Assembly (NCBI GenBank): GCA_002189035.1
Contig: CM007989.1
Coordinates: forward strand, 5,642,001 to 5,706,000
Origin: Utricularia gibba
Taxonomy: Eukaryota; Plantae; Magnoliophyta
Direction: 5' to 3'
Length of the DNA stretch: 64,000 bases
Shown: piece by piece, positions 38,597 through 52,029 of the stretch
How positions within the stretch are numbered: the stretch's first letter is position 1
Layout: each line of letters begins with the position of its first letter
Notes under the pieces: generated by a model
Databases searched by the model: none
Told to the model about the DNA's origin: nothing
What the model saw: the letters and a program-made list of their open reading frames with translations, nothing else
Position numbers and translations under genes: made by a program

Positions 38597-41500
38597 GATA
38601 ATTACTTTCTCATTATTTCATAATTAAATAAAAACATCTCTCAATATTTTTAATTATGAAAATTAATCTCTAATGTAAAATCTAATTTTTTTTCTTCAAT
38701 TCAATTCTGATTATTATCAACCTTCGCCCGCCAATTACCTCCCATTCATATTCATCATGCTCTGCCATTGCCCACTCCCATCTGAGTTAATAGGTTAAAT
38801 ACTCTAGTTTCTTAAAAACGTTTTCATTTTACCTTAAGTTTCAAATTTGTTATTATTTTACTTGAATTGTTGAATATACTTGGTAATATACCTTATTCTT
38901 CATAATAATTTTTATCTTACCTCAATTAAAGGAATTAATGGGTAAATACCTAAAATTTTTTGTATTAAATTTTGTATTTATATTAACTTTATAAAAAAAT
39001 TGTAATATTAATAAAAAATAGAGTTATTTTTTTATATTTTATTTTATCTTTATGATTCTTTTATGTATTTATTTTATCTTTATGAAAAATTTATTTTTCA
39101 TACATTAATATTATTAAAAATATAGTTTATTTTCATACTTTATGGTTTCAATTGACGGTTTAATTCAGTATTTATATTTTAGTTATAATATAATATTAAA
39201 TTTTTCGAAATTTTAGAGATGAAAGTAAAGGTAAATAAATTTTATTGTTATGATTTAGATTAGTTTAAGGTTATAATATCAGATTTTAATGTTTCAATTG
39301 AAGATTATGATTTAGATTATTTAACTTTATAATTTGAAATTTAATTTAAAAATTTAAAAATTTAGAGATGAAAATAAAGATAAATTTCTAAGAGAAATGA
39401 GTACTAAAAATAAATTATTAATAAAAATGTAAACAAAGCTAAAATACAAAAAAAAGAATAACTAAGTTAAAATGGCGGATAAAAAATATTAAAAAGGTAA
39501 AAAAACAAATACATTAAAAAGTAAAAATAAAAATAAAAAATAAATATGTTATGACAATTATAATTAACAAAATCTCCCCCATCCATCGCCCACCTTGCCG
39601 CCTACTCTTCGGCACCCCGTCATGCGGCCGATTGTTGGGCATGCGGCAAGTCGCGAGTGACCATCACGCATCTATCTATTCATCATCGCTCATTGCTGCG
39701 GCGGTGGCATTCTCAGGCATTAGCATTATTGGACGCCCAGAAACTGGCCATGGTTGACGATCCGCATGGGGTGGCGATTCATGCGCATCGAAACCATTCA
39801 GAATAAAATACACATGATTTTAAATCTAACTAGTATTAAAATAATTGGATAAAGAATCTTTTCAAGTCCAATACTTCAAAATTTGAAAAGTAAATACCTA
39901 CTACATCAAAATTTAGGAATTAAATATATCCAATATATCGAAATTTGGAGATTAATTATGGCAATAGAGACTAAATATATCATTTTCATTAAATAGTGAA
40001 AATTAAATGTGTCATTTTAATAAATAGTAAGTATCTTCGTGCAGAGCGCCCAATGCAAAAGAATTTCTGCTCTGAGATGACTAGATTTAAAGGAGTGTAT
40101 ATTTGATAAGTGGGTATAATTGTAGCAAGTATTGATCATGGACTAGTGTCTATTAAGTTTGTATTGTGTAGAAAGGTTGTTATGATCACACTGAATCAGA
40201 CTAGTGTTCTGGTAAAGATTGGAAAACCTCCTATGAATACGTGAATAAAACATCAAAGGTGTTATGGAAAAAAAAAATGCTGAACATTGAATGACATTCC
40301 ACTTGCACTACCCTTGTTTTCAAGGCTGCCAACCTAAGCTTCATCCCACAAGTAGAAGTGAAGACCTGTGGAGGGACAGTAGTATACCTGGTCCATAGCT
40401 TGTCAGGTCCAAAGTGTACCTTGTCAGGCTCTAAATTTGTGTTAGAGCACTGACATCATTTTTTATTTGTCAGACAACACTGTTTTAGAAAGTGTTTGGT
40501 GCAGGGCACCTGTTTCATTTCTTAAAATTATATTAATACTGAAATTTAGTTTTAATAATTTATTATAAGTATTATAAATAATTCAAATTTTATAAAACTA
40601 AAAATACAAAAAATAGGTATTATTTGTGAGCATTTTTAATTAATTTTATTATAAATTTGTTGTCTAAGTTTTCAAAAATTGGAAAAATTATTAATAGAGA
40701 AATTGTTTTGAAGATTTAATTTCAAAAGAAATTACAATATATCAAATTTGTACATTTTAATAAAATAATATTACAATAAAAAATAAAATAAAAATTTCAT
40801 ATTCAAATAACCAAATACCTATCTAAAAGTATTCATTTTTATCTATAAGTTCAATTCAAATTGCATTATAGGAATTAGAAAAAAAAAAAATTCTTTTGAA
40901 TCATTGTTATTATTCAATATTAATTCAATTAATAAAAAAATGATGAAAAATATTGTTTAACAAAAGTTTGATTTGTTTTAATTTAACATGAGTACATCGG
41001 AATTTTAAAATTAAATTAATTTAATTTTTTAATTTAAAATTCTTATTTAATCATTTTAAATTAAAAAACAATAAAATAAATCTAAAGGTGTCAATAAGCG
41101 ATAAAGAATAATGCTCATTCAATTAAATATAATGGTTTACTTAAATAAACATTAAAGAATAATAATTATTCAATAATAAAAGGTAAAGAATAACATCTAT
41201 TAAATAATAAATATTAAAGAATAATACTTACTTAATAATAAAGGATAAAAAATAACCCTTATTCAAAAATAAAGGGTAAATAATAATACTCATTTTAATC
41301 TACCAATTATTCAAACAATCAAATTAAATATATTTTATTTATTTTATTCTTAAATGATTACATTGCTTAATTCATGTGACTTATATATATAAATCATGAT
41401 TAATGTTATACAAAATTTATTTACATTCAACACTTGATAGATAACAAAAAATACATATCTTCTTTTCAAGTTGTTTTATATTTTTCTATAAAAGTTTTTA

Positions 41501-41691
41501 ATAAAAAAACAAACTATTCATAGTTTTTTTTGTGGCTTTTATGTTGTCATGTCCTAAGTTCCCTTTAAGGGCTTACTTACGGCTTTTATGTGCAAATTCT
41601 TGTTGAACACATGAAAATAAAAGGTCATGCAACGAAATGGTTCTGTAGCCTACCCACTGAATCCTTTTTTTTTTTTTGGAACAACCCGGCT

Positions 41692-41857
41692 ATGCATGGA
41701 CCTGGAATGACTATACATAGATCACCCCTATTTGTTTGATCCGTTCTAGTGACATCATTCCCACTTTTATTAACACTTTCGGTACTAGCAGGGGCAATTA
41801 CCATGTTATTAACTGATCGAAACTTTAATATAACCTTTTTTGATCCTACTGAAGGGG
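41692..41857 (+). pseudogene. cox1: Nuclear copy of a mitochondrial cox1 fragment (NUMT)
   Basis: Translates as [54 protein letters not shown], matching cox1 [55 protein letters not shown]. Confidence 0.92.
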
Positions 41858-43984
41858 TTAATGGCTCAATTTATTATGAAATATTTGATATTTATTCCAA
41901 ATAATACATTGATATTGCTTCAATGTTTCATTTATTTAAAACATTACAATTTATACAACAATATGAAAATACATATGATAAATGTTTCATTTTCTGAAGT
42001 TACGAAATCCACCAAAAAGTCTATCCAATATGGAAACAGCTTCTTTTGAAGTAGATTTATTGCTAGACCTTGTTCTAGTTGAAGGTTGAGAGAACTCTTG
42101 TGAATGCGAAATAGAATGTCTCGTGGGAATTCGTCCTCCATAGTTATTAGGCTCTCCTCCAAAGTAATTTGAATTTTCTCCATAAAAATTTGATTGTATA
42201 TAAGTACTTAGATTTCTTTCTTCAAGATTTGATGACATCAATATCATATCATGACGCTGAGGTGATGAACGCTCTTCTAAACCATGATGAACATACTCTT
42301 GTTCAGCATAAGTATCTATAGTTGTTTTACGTCGTTTTTATACTCCAACAGAATGACGTCCTTTACGATCTTGAAAATCAACAGCACCCTGATAACGTGA
42401 TGTCTTCTTACGACCAATTCTTGTACTTTCATATTCAAGATAAACATGAAGTCTAAAACCAACAGATGGCCAATATGATTTATCTCGACAAGGGTGAACC
42501 TCAGAAGAGCTAGAATGGAAATTAAGAAGAGCTAGAATGGAGCCTGATAAGACATACACTAAACAGTAAAACAAAGAATAGCATTTCATCTAGAAGATCC
42601 TCCTAGAGGAAAACAATAAGTTTTCTCAAAATGTAGATAATTATCTACCATTTTGTCAACTTCTAGTGCAAGTATATAATAGAAATGTTAATTGGTTAAA
42701 TAATACTATGCCAAAAACTAATTAAATAAATATCATATGTTTGAAAAGTATTTATCAACTAATATTTTTATGAATTTTTTAATTAATTTTATTATACCTT
42801 ATATATAGCTTAATTTACTTTATTTTAAAACTAATAAATATAAATGTATAGTGTATTTTCATATATTTTTTTAAAATAAATAAATATGAATAAAATTCAT
42901 CGTATTATATTTTTGTATTTTATATAAAAATATATATTAGACTAATTAAAATACTCTATATCAATTATTTTTATTTAATGTTAAAGAATTTTTTTATATA
43001 AAATTAATAACAATTTTAAAATTATTTTTTTTAATTTTAACTGATTTAATGAATTGATATCTAATGATATTTAATTTTTATAATAATCCCACAAAATGAA
43101 TGAATAATTTTCTTCATTTTTGCATAATGATTGAATTATTTCAAACGTCTAAAATATCATGAAATTTCGAAAAAAATCAACATGAGTCGAGTGAGTATGC
43201 ATATTTTTTAATTGAATATTTCAATAGATGTATTACTTGGATTGAATGTATATTTTTATTTTAAATTTTTATTATCAATTAATTCTTATGTGTTATTTGG
43301 ATCAAGTGCATATTTTTATATTTTAAATTTGTATTCTCAATTGATCCTTAGATACTATTTGAATCAAATGAATATTTTTGAAATTTTAAATTTCTATTAT
43401 TAATCGATACTTACTTGTTATTTAGATTGATTTCATATTTTTTTTATTTTAAATTTGTATTAGTGTTTGATTTTTAAATATTATTTAGATTGAATGCATA
43501 TTTTTTTTTATAAATTTGTATTAACGTCTGATTTTTATATATTATTTGAATCGAATGTGTTTCTCTAAACCACACGGACTTGGGTTAAATTGTAACTCAT
43601 ACCCGTATTTAGTTTTTGGTTAGTGAGGAGGAAATTAAATATGGGAGTAGGTTAAACTATAACCTGTGGCCATATAGTTTGTGATTGAGGAGAGGAAAAT
43701 TGAATACGAGCATGGGTGAAATTGTAATCAATAATATTTTCAATATATAAGTAATTTAACTAATTTATTATATTATGTTGTATTACTTTTAATTTTATAA
43801 AAATATATATTTATAATGAATTAAAAATAAAGTTTAAATTAAAATCATAAAATATAGAATAATTGCATGAACAATATTATTTCAATTGAAGAAAAACTTA
43901 ACTAATTAAATGTATATACGAATTATGTAATAAAACATAATTAATGTATTTAAAATAATATAATATATCAAATTTATAGCACTT

Positions 43985-45290
43985 TGTCACGACCCACTTT
44001 TAGAGCTCGGGAAAGATGAGTTGTGACTACCTAGTCGTAATTGAAAACTAGAACTCAGGATGTCTTTCATAATACAATTCATTAATAATAAAATGAGTAA
44101 TTACATATGAAAATTAGATATAAAACTTTCTCCAAGTGCTTTTATCTCACGTAGTTTATAATAAAATAGATTCAAAATGAAAAGTATATTACACATACAT
44201 ATCTCATAGAAACCTAATAAACAGATTACACTATTATATGGATATATGCATAGGACTCCGGAAAGCATGATTGATCACTTAACTTCTATTGTCTCCCTTT
44301 ATCCCCTAAAATAAATGAAAGAGTGGTTATGCTTTTAAGTTTTAAAACAAGTGAAAATTAAGAAAGAACATAAAGAGTTTATAAAATAAACTTGAAACAC
44401 ATTGTGAATCCCTATAGCTATCTTTTCTCACATCTCATGTCCATCTAGCCTTGACCTTGCTATCAGTCGTGAGACATAAGGTGCCCTTGTCTATGGTTCC
44501 ACGCTTAGGAGAGCCATCTCTGACCATAAAACCACAAACTCAAGCCATACATAACATATCATATTTTGCATAGCTTTCATAATTTTGAGTCTTTTACTTA
44601 TACATGGTGCCTCAGATATACTTGGCATATTAGCTATAGTGCTTGTGGTACAACCACGTTACTAAAAATATGCGTCTATATCCTTTCCATTCTTTTCTAT
44701 CTTGTTTATTATATACTACACAAAGATACATATTGCAATACCATCTTAAAAATAACAGAGTTGACTATCAGTAAAAAGAATCATACTTTTGGAACTCAAA
44801 AATAGCTTTTTTTTGAAATAATATGAAATAATCCACTCGCTTATTAGAACTTTCATATAACATAAAAGGGTTTTAAGCATAAACACAATGACATCCAAAG
44901 TAATGGAAATTAAACATCAATATTACATATACATATAACTTTTCATAAATCAATTTCAAAGATAAGTAAAGCTTAAAAAATAATCATGCCACTTACCTTA
45001 ACATCTTATATCCCAAACTAACTCTCTAGCTTCGTTCACTGAAAGTATTATAACATTTTCTTCCAACCTCTCCTCCTCGCCTTTATAAAACTCAAGAATG
45101 AATGAAAGAACCTTACATTCCATCATATATATATATTCTCATCTACATCTCATCCTTATTTTGCATTCGACATGTGGCATTCATGCTTTATATACAAGTG
45201 GCACACATGCGACAAGACACATGGCACACATAGAGTAGGATATGTGGTACACATGCAAGATGACACGTGGAACGCACATAATGGTGTTAC
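43985..45290. mobile_element. Probable degenerate gypsy (Tekay/del-type) LTR remnant; right end uncertain
   Basis: Begins TGTCACGACCC, typical of del/Tekay LTR termini; GGTGTTAC near 45283 may be the other end; no coding domains seen. Confidence 0.45.
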
Positions 45291-48200
45291 TTGGATACAT
45301 TTGATTGACTAAGCTAGTATAAAGTATTAGAAACCTAAAACCCAAGGTTATATCACCTTGTTTCCCAAAAAAAGATGAAAGCGCAATGAATTGAAAGTGG
45401 AGCTAGATGCTACTGATTTTCTGAGTTGCTTTCTATCGTCGACGAGAAAAGGTTTAAAGAAAAATTCAAATATGGTGAAAACTCTAGTTGAGAGGGGAGC
45501 TAGGCACTACTAATTCGTTACTTCCTAAAAATATTCTCAATTTCCCAAAAAACATTTCTGATTTCCAAAAAAATATTCTCACTTTCCCAGAAAAGTACTC
45601 ATTAACAAATTTGAAAAATATACATTATTCTTCATCTTAATTTGAAATATATTCATACTTTCAAAATCTTTTTCAAAATAAAAATCATTAATATTTCTTT
45701 TTAAAAATAAATACCAAAAAATGAAATACACCAACATGTGAATATATTTCATTTTTTTACGAAAATTATCATAAAGAAGTATATTTCCAATATCATTATT
45801 ATGATTATACTAATTTCTAAATTCAACTTTTCATTGGATAGTATAAATAATAATTAGATTATAAAAATTCAAAAAACATAGATAACTAATTTGATTTCAA
45901 ATTTTAAGAAAATAAAGTTCTAATATATTGATATATAAAAGCGAATACAATACTATTTTGTTCATATGTTACATTTTCAATTTACTCATTTATTACATTT
46001 TCAAATTAAAAATGTGACTAAAAGCGAATCCAATACTACTTTGGGTAAAATTATTATTGCTTTTAATCAATTCATGCTATTTTGATCAATTATGTTAATC
46101 CAAGTTTATAAAACCAAACAATCTACATGTATATTTTTTAAAGATTTTCTATCACAAACATTTTTTATAAGTTATTTTGAATTCTACATATTTGTAAGAG
46201 TTTTAATCCGTAAAGATGTTGTAGTTGTATGCATTTTCTATGGTGGTAATATAAAAATAATGTATATGGGCATACAATACGACACTCCAAACAAGAATTT
46301 ATTGGCAAACCTGATCTTGAGTTTAAAAGAAGCAATCTTTCAAGAAAAGAGAAGTTAGCTCTCAAGAATTGAAAATTCTTGTAACCCAAATTATAAAATG
46401 GTACCACACTCACAGAAACAAGAAATGAAATAAAAGTGATAAACCACACACAAGCCACTACAAGTAAAACTTGATAAATCTAAAGTTTTACAAGAACTTC
46501 AAAAAGGAGTATTAATCTCAAAAGTCATTACAATTAAAGTTATTTCTAAACAATAGTAAAGTACTTCTAATATAAATAGAGAAATAGACTTATTCAATTA
46601 CAAGAAATATTAGTAAACTAAGGAGTTATGACCCATCAACTTGATCTAACTTGAATAGATTGAACTCTATGCTACAAGTTTCATGAATTTCCTAATTGAG
46701 TCATAATCCGTAAAAAAGTTTTTGATGTTGTCTTGCTTTTAATCTTGTGAGTGACCAAATTGAAATGAGGTGAGGATTTGTGTACTTATTTCCCTCATCT
46801 TCATTGTCCTCATATGAGGCATCTATGATCTCAATAACATATGATGCATGCTATTTTTCCAGTAGAATCTCTTTGTCTGAAAAGAAATATTTTTTTATGA
46901 AGCACTTATGTGAACCCATATGAGTGATAATAGGGAAGTGATAATTCTATACCATGTGTTCTTGGTATTTGCATCATGTATTATTATATATATAAATTAT
47001 TGTTCAATCATACAAGTCGATAAGATACATTTGTATGGCTAATATATATACAAACTACTGATTATCGTCGCTATAGATGTCGGTGGAAATGCTCTCCCCT
47101 ATTTATTTTGAATGACATAAAATAGATGTATTAAACAAAAAGAGAAATAATTTTTTTTTATGACAAATTGATATAAAGTATGATGATGTTTTAAAAATAT
47201 TTCCAAATCTTACATACACTATACTTGTTAAACATGATGTCATAAGTCAACTTTATTGACTCTCATGGTACAATATGTAATAATGCCCATATTCTTAAAA
47301 AAATACAATTGTGAAATGTGGTAAATTGAGATATATTAATGTTGTCATGTTCGAAAGTATACGTTTGAAATTAATTTGATTTATTGAAATACATATAATA
47401 ACATATTTTAGGATATATTTGTAAACTTGTTATTATTTTCAAATAAATCTCAGAGATCATACGAGTGACTATTATATAGTTTTATTTCTAGTGAACACCT
47501 ATTAAATGTAAGGTCATCCAGTAAAAGATGAATGCTATTGGACGCCATCACCTTTTTTGCTTTTAGTTGATCATTCAAGGAAACGAATACAAAATGTTTG
47601 TCTTAATACAATAAAGACAAAGGATTTATTAATTTTCAACATTCAAGTAGACATCAGACAGCTTCTTCAAGCTCTGAAAACCCATCTTATTTGAATATTT
47701 ATCTATCGAATCAACCTTATTAGGAAATTAGATGTTGATAATTCAAATTTAATTTACAGACTTATTGGTATTAGAAGACAAGATAATATTCTAATATATT
47801 ATGAATACTATGATATATTAAAATATTATCAACATTATCATATTATGGAGAAATTAATAGATTTTTATAAACATCTTCATTAGTTAGTACTAGGATTTTC
47901 ATGTCAGTATTGTAACTATCTATAAAAATATTTGTTAAGAGGTCATACAAATCATGATGATAAAAATTAAATTATATTCAATGAATCGAAATAATATTTA
48001 TTATATGATTTTAGTATAAAAATTATATAAAAAATTATTAATATGTATTTAAACATCTATTAAAATTCAAAATATTTACAAAATATTTTATATATTTAAG
48101 TAAATAAAAATATATTATATTCATTAATTTAGATAATATATTTAATATATTATATTCATTAATTTAAAGGTAATTTATATTACAAGCATTATAATGAATT

Positions 48201-49960
48201 GGTTTATTCATTTTTTGTTTTCAACCACATTCAGTGCATTACATTTTTTTAATTGAAAAAAATGTTTTAATTTATAATATTTTTAATTAATGATATTTTA
48301 ATTGAAAATTTACTTTCCAAATTATTCTGTTTAGATATCAGAATGATTTCTATCAATAAGAATACAAAAATAAAATTAATATTAAAAATAGGGTAAACTA
48401 CCAATATAGGCATATTAGTGTATGTATTTAACAAAATTGGTTCAAAAGTGAGGTATTATACCAATTTAATATAGAATGAGAGGTATTTCACTAATTAACT
48501 CAGGCTTATCATACTATGCAGATGAATGCATTTACATGATCCCCTACTTCTAAAGTTTATTTCCTCCAATAAAATAATTGAACCCATACCCAATGCCAAT
48601 ATTTGAGTAGATCTCAAGAGGCTAGAGTTATGTAAGAGGAAAAATACCTCATTTGCTCTCCCTACACACTTTGGGTTTTCTTCCTCGTTCCACAATGGCA
48701 TGACAAGGGAGGCTCAATAAACACTCCACAAAGGAGAAGACCTATCCAAAAGGATGTGAAGCCTCTTAGGTCAACAATGTGTAGGCTCAAGAGAGGACTA
48801 CTCGATCGTTCGATGAGGACAGTCATTGACTTTTCCAAAAAATAAAAAGAAGAATATATTGTCATTTGTAGAGAATCTTGTTAGATTAGTTAACAAAAGA
48901 AGAGAAGTCTATCAACAAACACACTTTTTGGATAAGGGACCGTTATTTCATAATGAAGAGAAAACACCAAATAGGAAAACGTTCTCTCCAATTATGCAAA
49001 CTCTTCTTTGTGAATATTGTTCATCGTTTTCACTTGATTTTTTGTGAAATCTCTTCCTTGTGTATAAACTATTTGTCTCATTACTACTCTTCCAAAAAAT
49101 CCTTAAACCATCTAATGTAAGAGGAAACTACTAAAAAACATTGAAATAGTCATCAACTCCATAACACAGAGGAAACACAATAAGAATAAGACAACGTCAT
49201 GTTAACTTATCTTGTTTAAGGGCTAGCGACGGGCCTAAGCAGTGGCTAAACTGGGCTTCAGCCCAGTCCAAAAAAATTTACAAAATTAATATTAAAATAT
49301 AAAAGAGTTACTATATTTAAAAAAAATTTATTATTAAATTTTATTTATTAATTTTAAATTAGCACCCCCCACAAATTTGATTAGATCCTGTGAAGGACAA
49401 TAACATATTTTACCAAAAATAAAGGTGCATATCACTATATTGAACAGATATCGCTAGAGTAAGAGGATAGCCCTCTTTAAGCTTCGAATATTTTGGGTAC
49501 GTATATAAATAAAGAAGAAGAAAAAAACAAAGTATTGGTTTTTTATTAAAAAGAGAGCATCTACATGTTTTTGGGTGATGAAGTCAACAATTTCTAGAAC
49601 TCTTTGCCAACCTTTTTCCATTTTTTTGCCATTGAACTTTCCACCGTAATGCATGTGTTCTTTTGACTTTTCTAAAAACTTCAAACCATTTAGTCTTACA
49701 ATTAATCCACTAAACAACACACAAAAAACTACAATAATCAATTTTTAAAATCAAAAGTTTTTTAAAAAATATGCAGAGGCTTCATCATTTGGACAACTCC
49801 TCGATACGATACGAGGCTGAATAAAGTTGGTCTTATTTGTAATCCAATCAAAAGGATGATTTTCTATGCATTTTTTAACAACAATAATGTAAAAGTAGCG
49901 TATAGTACAGGCAACAAGAGCACATACAGCGTGGATGAACTGCTCCGACAGTACATCTAT

Positions 49961-52029
49961 CTACCTTGCCGCGATTTGCTGCGGCGAAAGGCCACTCTGA
50001 GACACATCAAAGAACATATCATCGTTTTTGGACAAGGCGTAGACGATCTCAATCATGCTGGGACGCCTTGCCGGATCCCTCTGAATGCAGGCTACGGCCA
50101 CAGCCATCACACTCATCACACTCTCCATCGGGCAAGCCTCTTTTAATAGCCGCGCATCCATCCACTCCGTCACATTCTGCAATTTCTTGTTTTCATTCTC
50201 CTCCATAATCTGAATAGCACTCGCCCATAGGGCATTCCCATTGTCTTCTATCGCTTCCCGGCCGGTGACCAGCTCAAGTAGCACCACCCCGAATGAAAAA
50301 ACATCCATTTTCGTGGACACCATGCCATCAGCAAGATACTCAGGAGCAATGTATCCCTGTGTTCCTACAATGTGCATTGTTATGGCATTGCAGCCAGACT
50401 TTGCAAGTCCGAAGTTGGCAATCTTGGCTCGCATGTTTGCATCCAAGAGAATGTTGCTGCTCTTGATGTCCTTGTGCACAACTTTGGGTCTCGTATGCTC
50501 ATGGATGTATTGGAGTCCATTGGCAACGTCAATAGCAATTCTCAGCCTCGTATTCCAGCTTAGGTTTGAGTTCTTCTTCTCATGCAACCAGGAATAGAGA
50601 GAGCCATTCTCTACGTATTCGTAAACCAGGTAGCAGTTTGCATCTTCAGAGTCTATGGAGAACCCCTCCAGCCTAACTAAGTTGCCATGGTTGACCTGCA
50701 ATGCAAATAACCAGAAAGCTGATCAACCAAAGGAAATAACCGAAATAGGAAACCACTGTTGCCTCTGCATCAAATCTGCATATCAAGGAACAACAGAACA
50801 ATCATCCACATCTTTAATATCTTCAGTTATGAACTTTAGGAACTGTAACATACAAAGAACCCAAACTGGCAATGGAATGTAGAAGCTGTGTTACCAGGAA
50901 TGTATAATAAATTTAGATCGTGCACCTTCTGTAAGATTTTCAGTTCTTCATATGCATTCCACTTCATCTTCTTGATGGCATACCATTCTCCATCGACAAA
51001 TCCTCTATAAACAGATCCCTGAATGACAGATTTATCATCAAATCCATTCGTCGCAGCACGTAACGCTTCAACATCAAACAGCTTATACTTATCCAAGCAG
51101 CCTGATACGTCAGCCATCAAACTAATCTCAGTTTTCGTAGGCTCTGCCTTTGTTCCTGTGCGGTTGGGTAATTTTGTGTAATCAGCTTCATTAGTTGATC
51201 CCTTTTTCATCCTGCTTTCTCTGAGGCACCATATCCCACATAACAAAAGCAATAGAAACCCACAAACTCCCATACCAACTCCAAGGCCAACTATGACACC
51301 TGTCCTCTCCGTTCTCACAGAAGTAGGGACTACGGGGACTTCATTCCTCGTGATATTCGGCAGCCTCGAAACTGGGATGAAAATCGTATCTGATGGCCGA
51401 ATGTTGTTGCCATTAACCTCAGTTAAAGAAGATTCTGTTGCCCCAAATCGTGCAGCAATAGAACTAAAAGTATCACCACGCTGAAAAACGTAGCTAACAA
51501 GATAATTCACAGAGTTTCCCAACTGGGCTGAACTGGGACACCTGCAGAAGATGGGAAAAACAATGACATCCCCAACGTTGAGATTGGTGGGCACGAAGGT
51601 GGGATTCACGATCATAACAGACTGGTAAGTAGTCAGATTTTGATAGTTTCGGGTAGAAACCCCCCAGAAAGTATCGCCGCTCTGAATGGTATAGTTTTGA
51701 CCCGCATAAGAAATAGCGTAGGTGCTGTTTATTTGGTGGCAACGACAAGTTATGGGCACGAAAAGAAACTCATCAGGGAGAAGCTGGGAACTCGGACTGG
51801 AGATATTACTGGGATTCGCAATCATCGGACGACTGAGGGAGAAAAGATCGCCTATTGATGCAAGATCTAGAAAATTGGGGGCCGTAGCTCTGTAAACAAC
51901 ATAAGTACTACAGGAATTGCCCCTGGTTTGATTAACGGCGCACGTAAATCCCTCTGTGGGTGGCTGCCCGTAAGCACGATAAGTGGAGAAGAAGAAAATC
52001 AAGAAGACAGAACCCCAGAAAGACGCCAT
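49961..52029 (-). CDS. LysM receptor-like kinase, LYR (kinase-dead) type, NFP-related LYR-I group; 2 exons (52029-50926, 50695-49961), ~612 aa
   Basis: Signal peptide MASFWGSVFLIFFFSTYRAYG; three LysM-like repeats separated by CRC motifs; TM helix GVIVGLGVGMGVCGFLLLLLCGIW; kinase without a Gly-rich loop (IQGSVYRG), NFG for DFG, short activation segment; WNAYEELKILQKVNHGNLVRLEGF. Confidence 0.93.

Noticed and set aside
41850-41860. Idea that the cox1 NUMT ends at the mobile cox1 group I intron site
   Set aside because: That intron inserts further downstream (after FFG, before HPEVY); the fragment ends earlier.
42600-49400. Many 60-100 aa ORFs and LTR- or MITE-like scraps in AT-rich DNA
   Set aside because: Low-complexity F/I/L/K/Y-rich translations with no domains, and boundaries could not be supported from the sequence.
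49966-51484. Plus-strand ORFs overlapping the LysM kinase
   Set aside because: Antisense by-products of a long, moderately GC-rich coding region.
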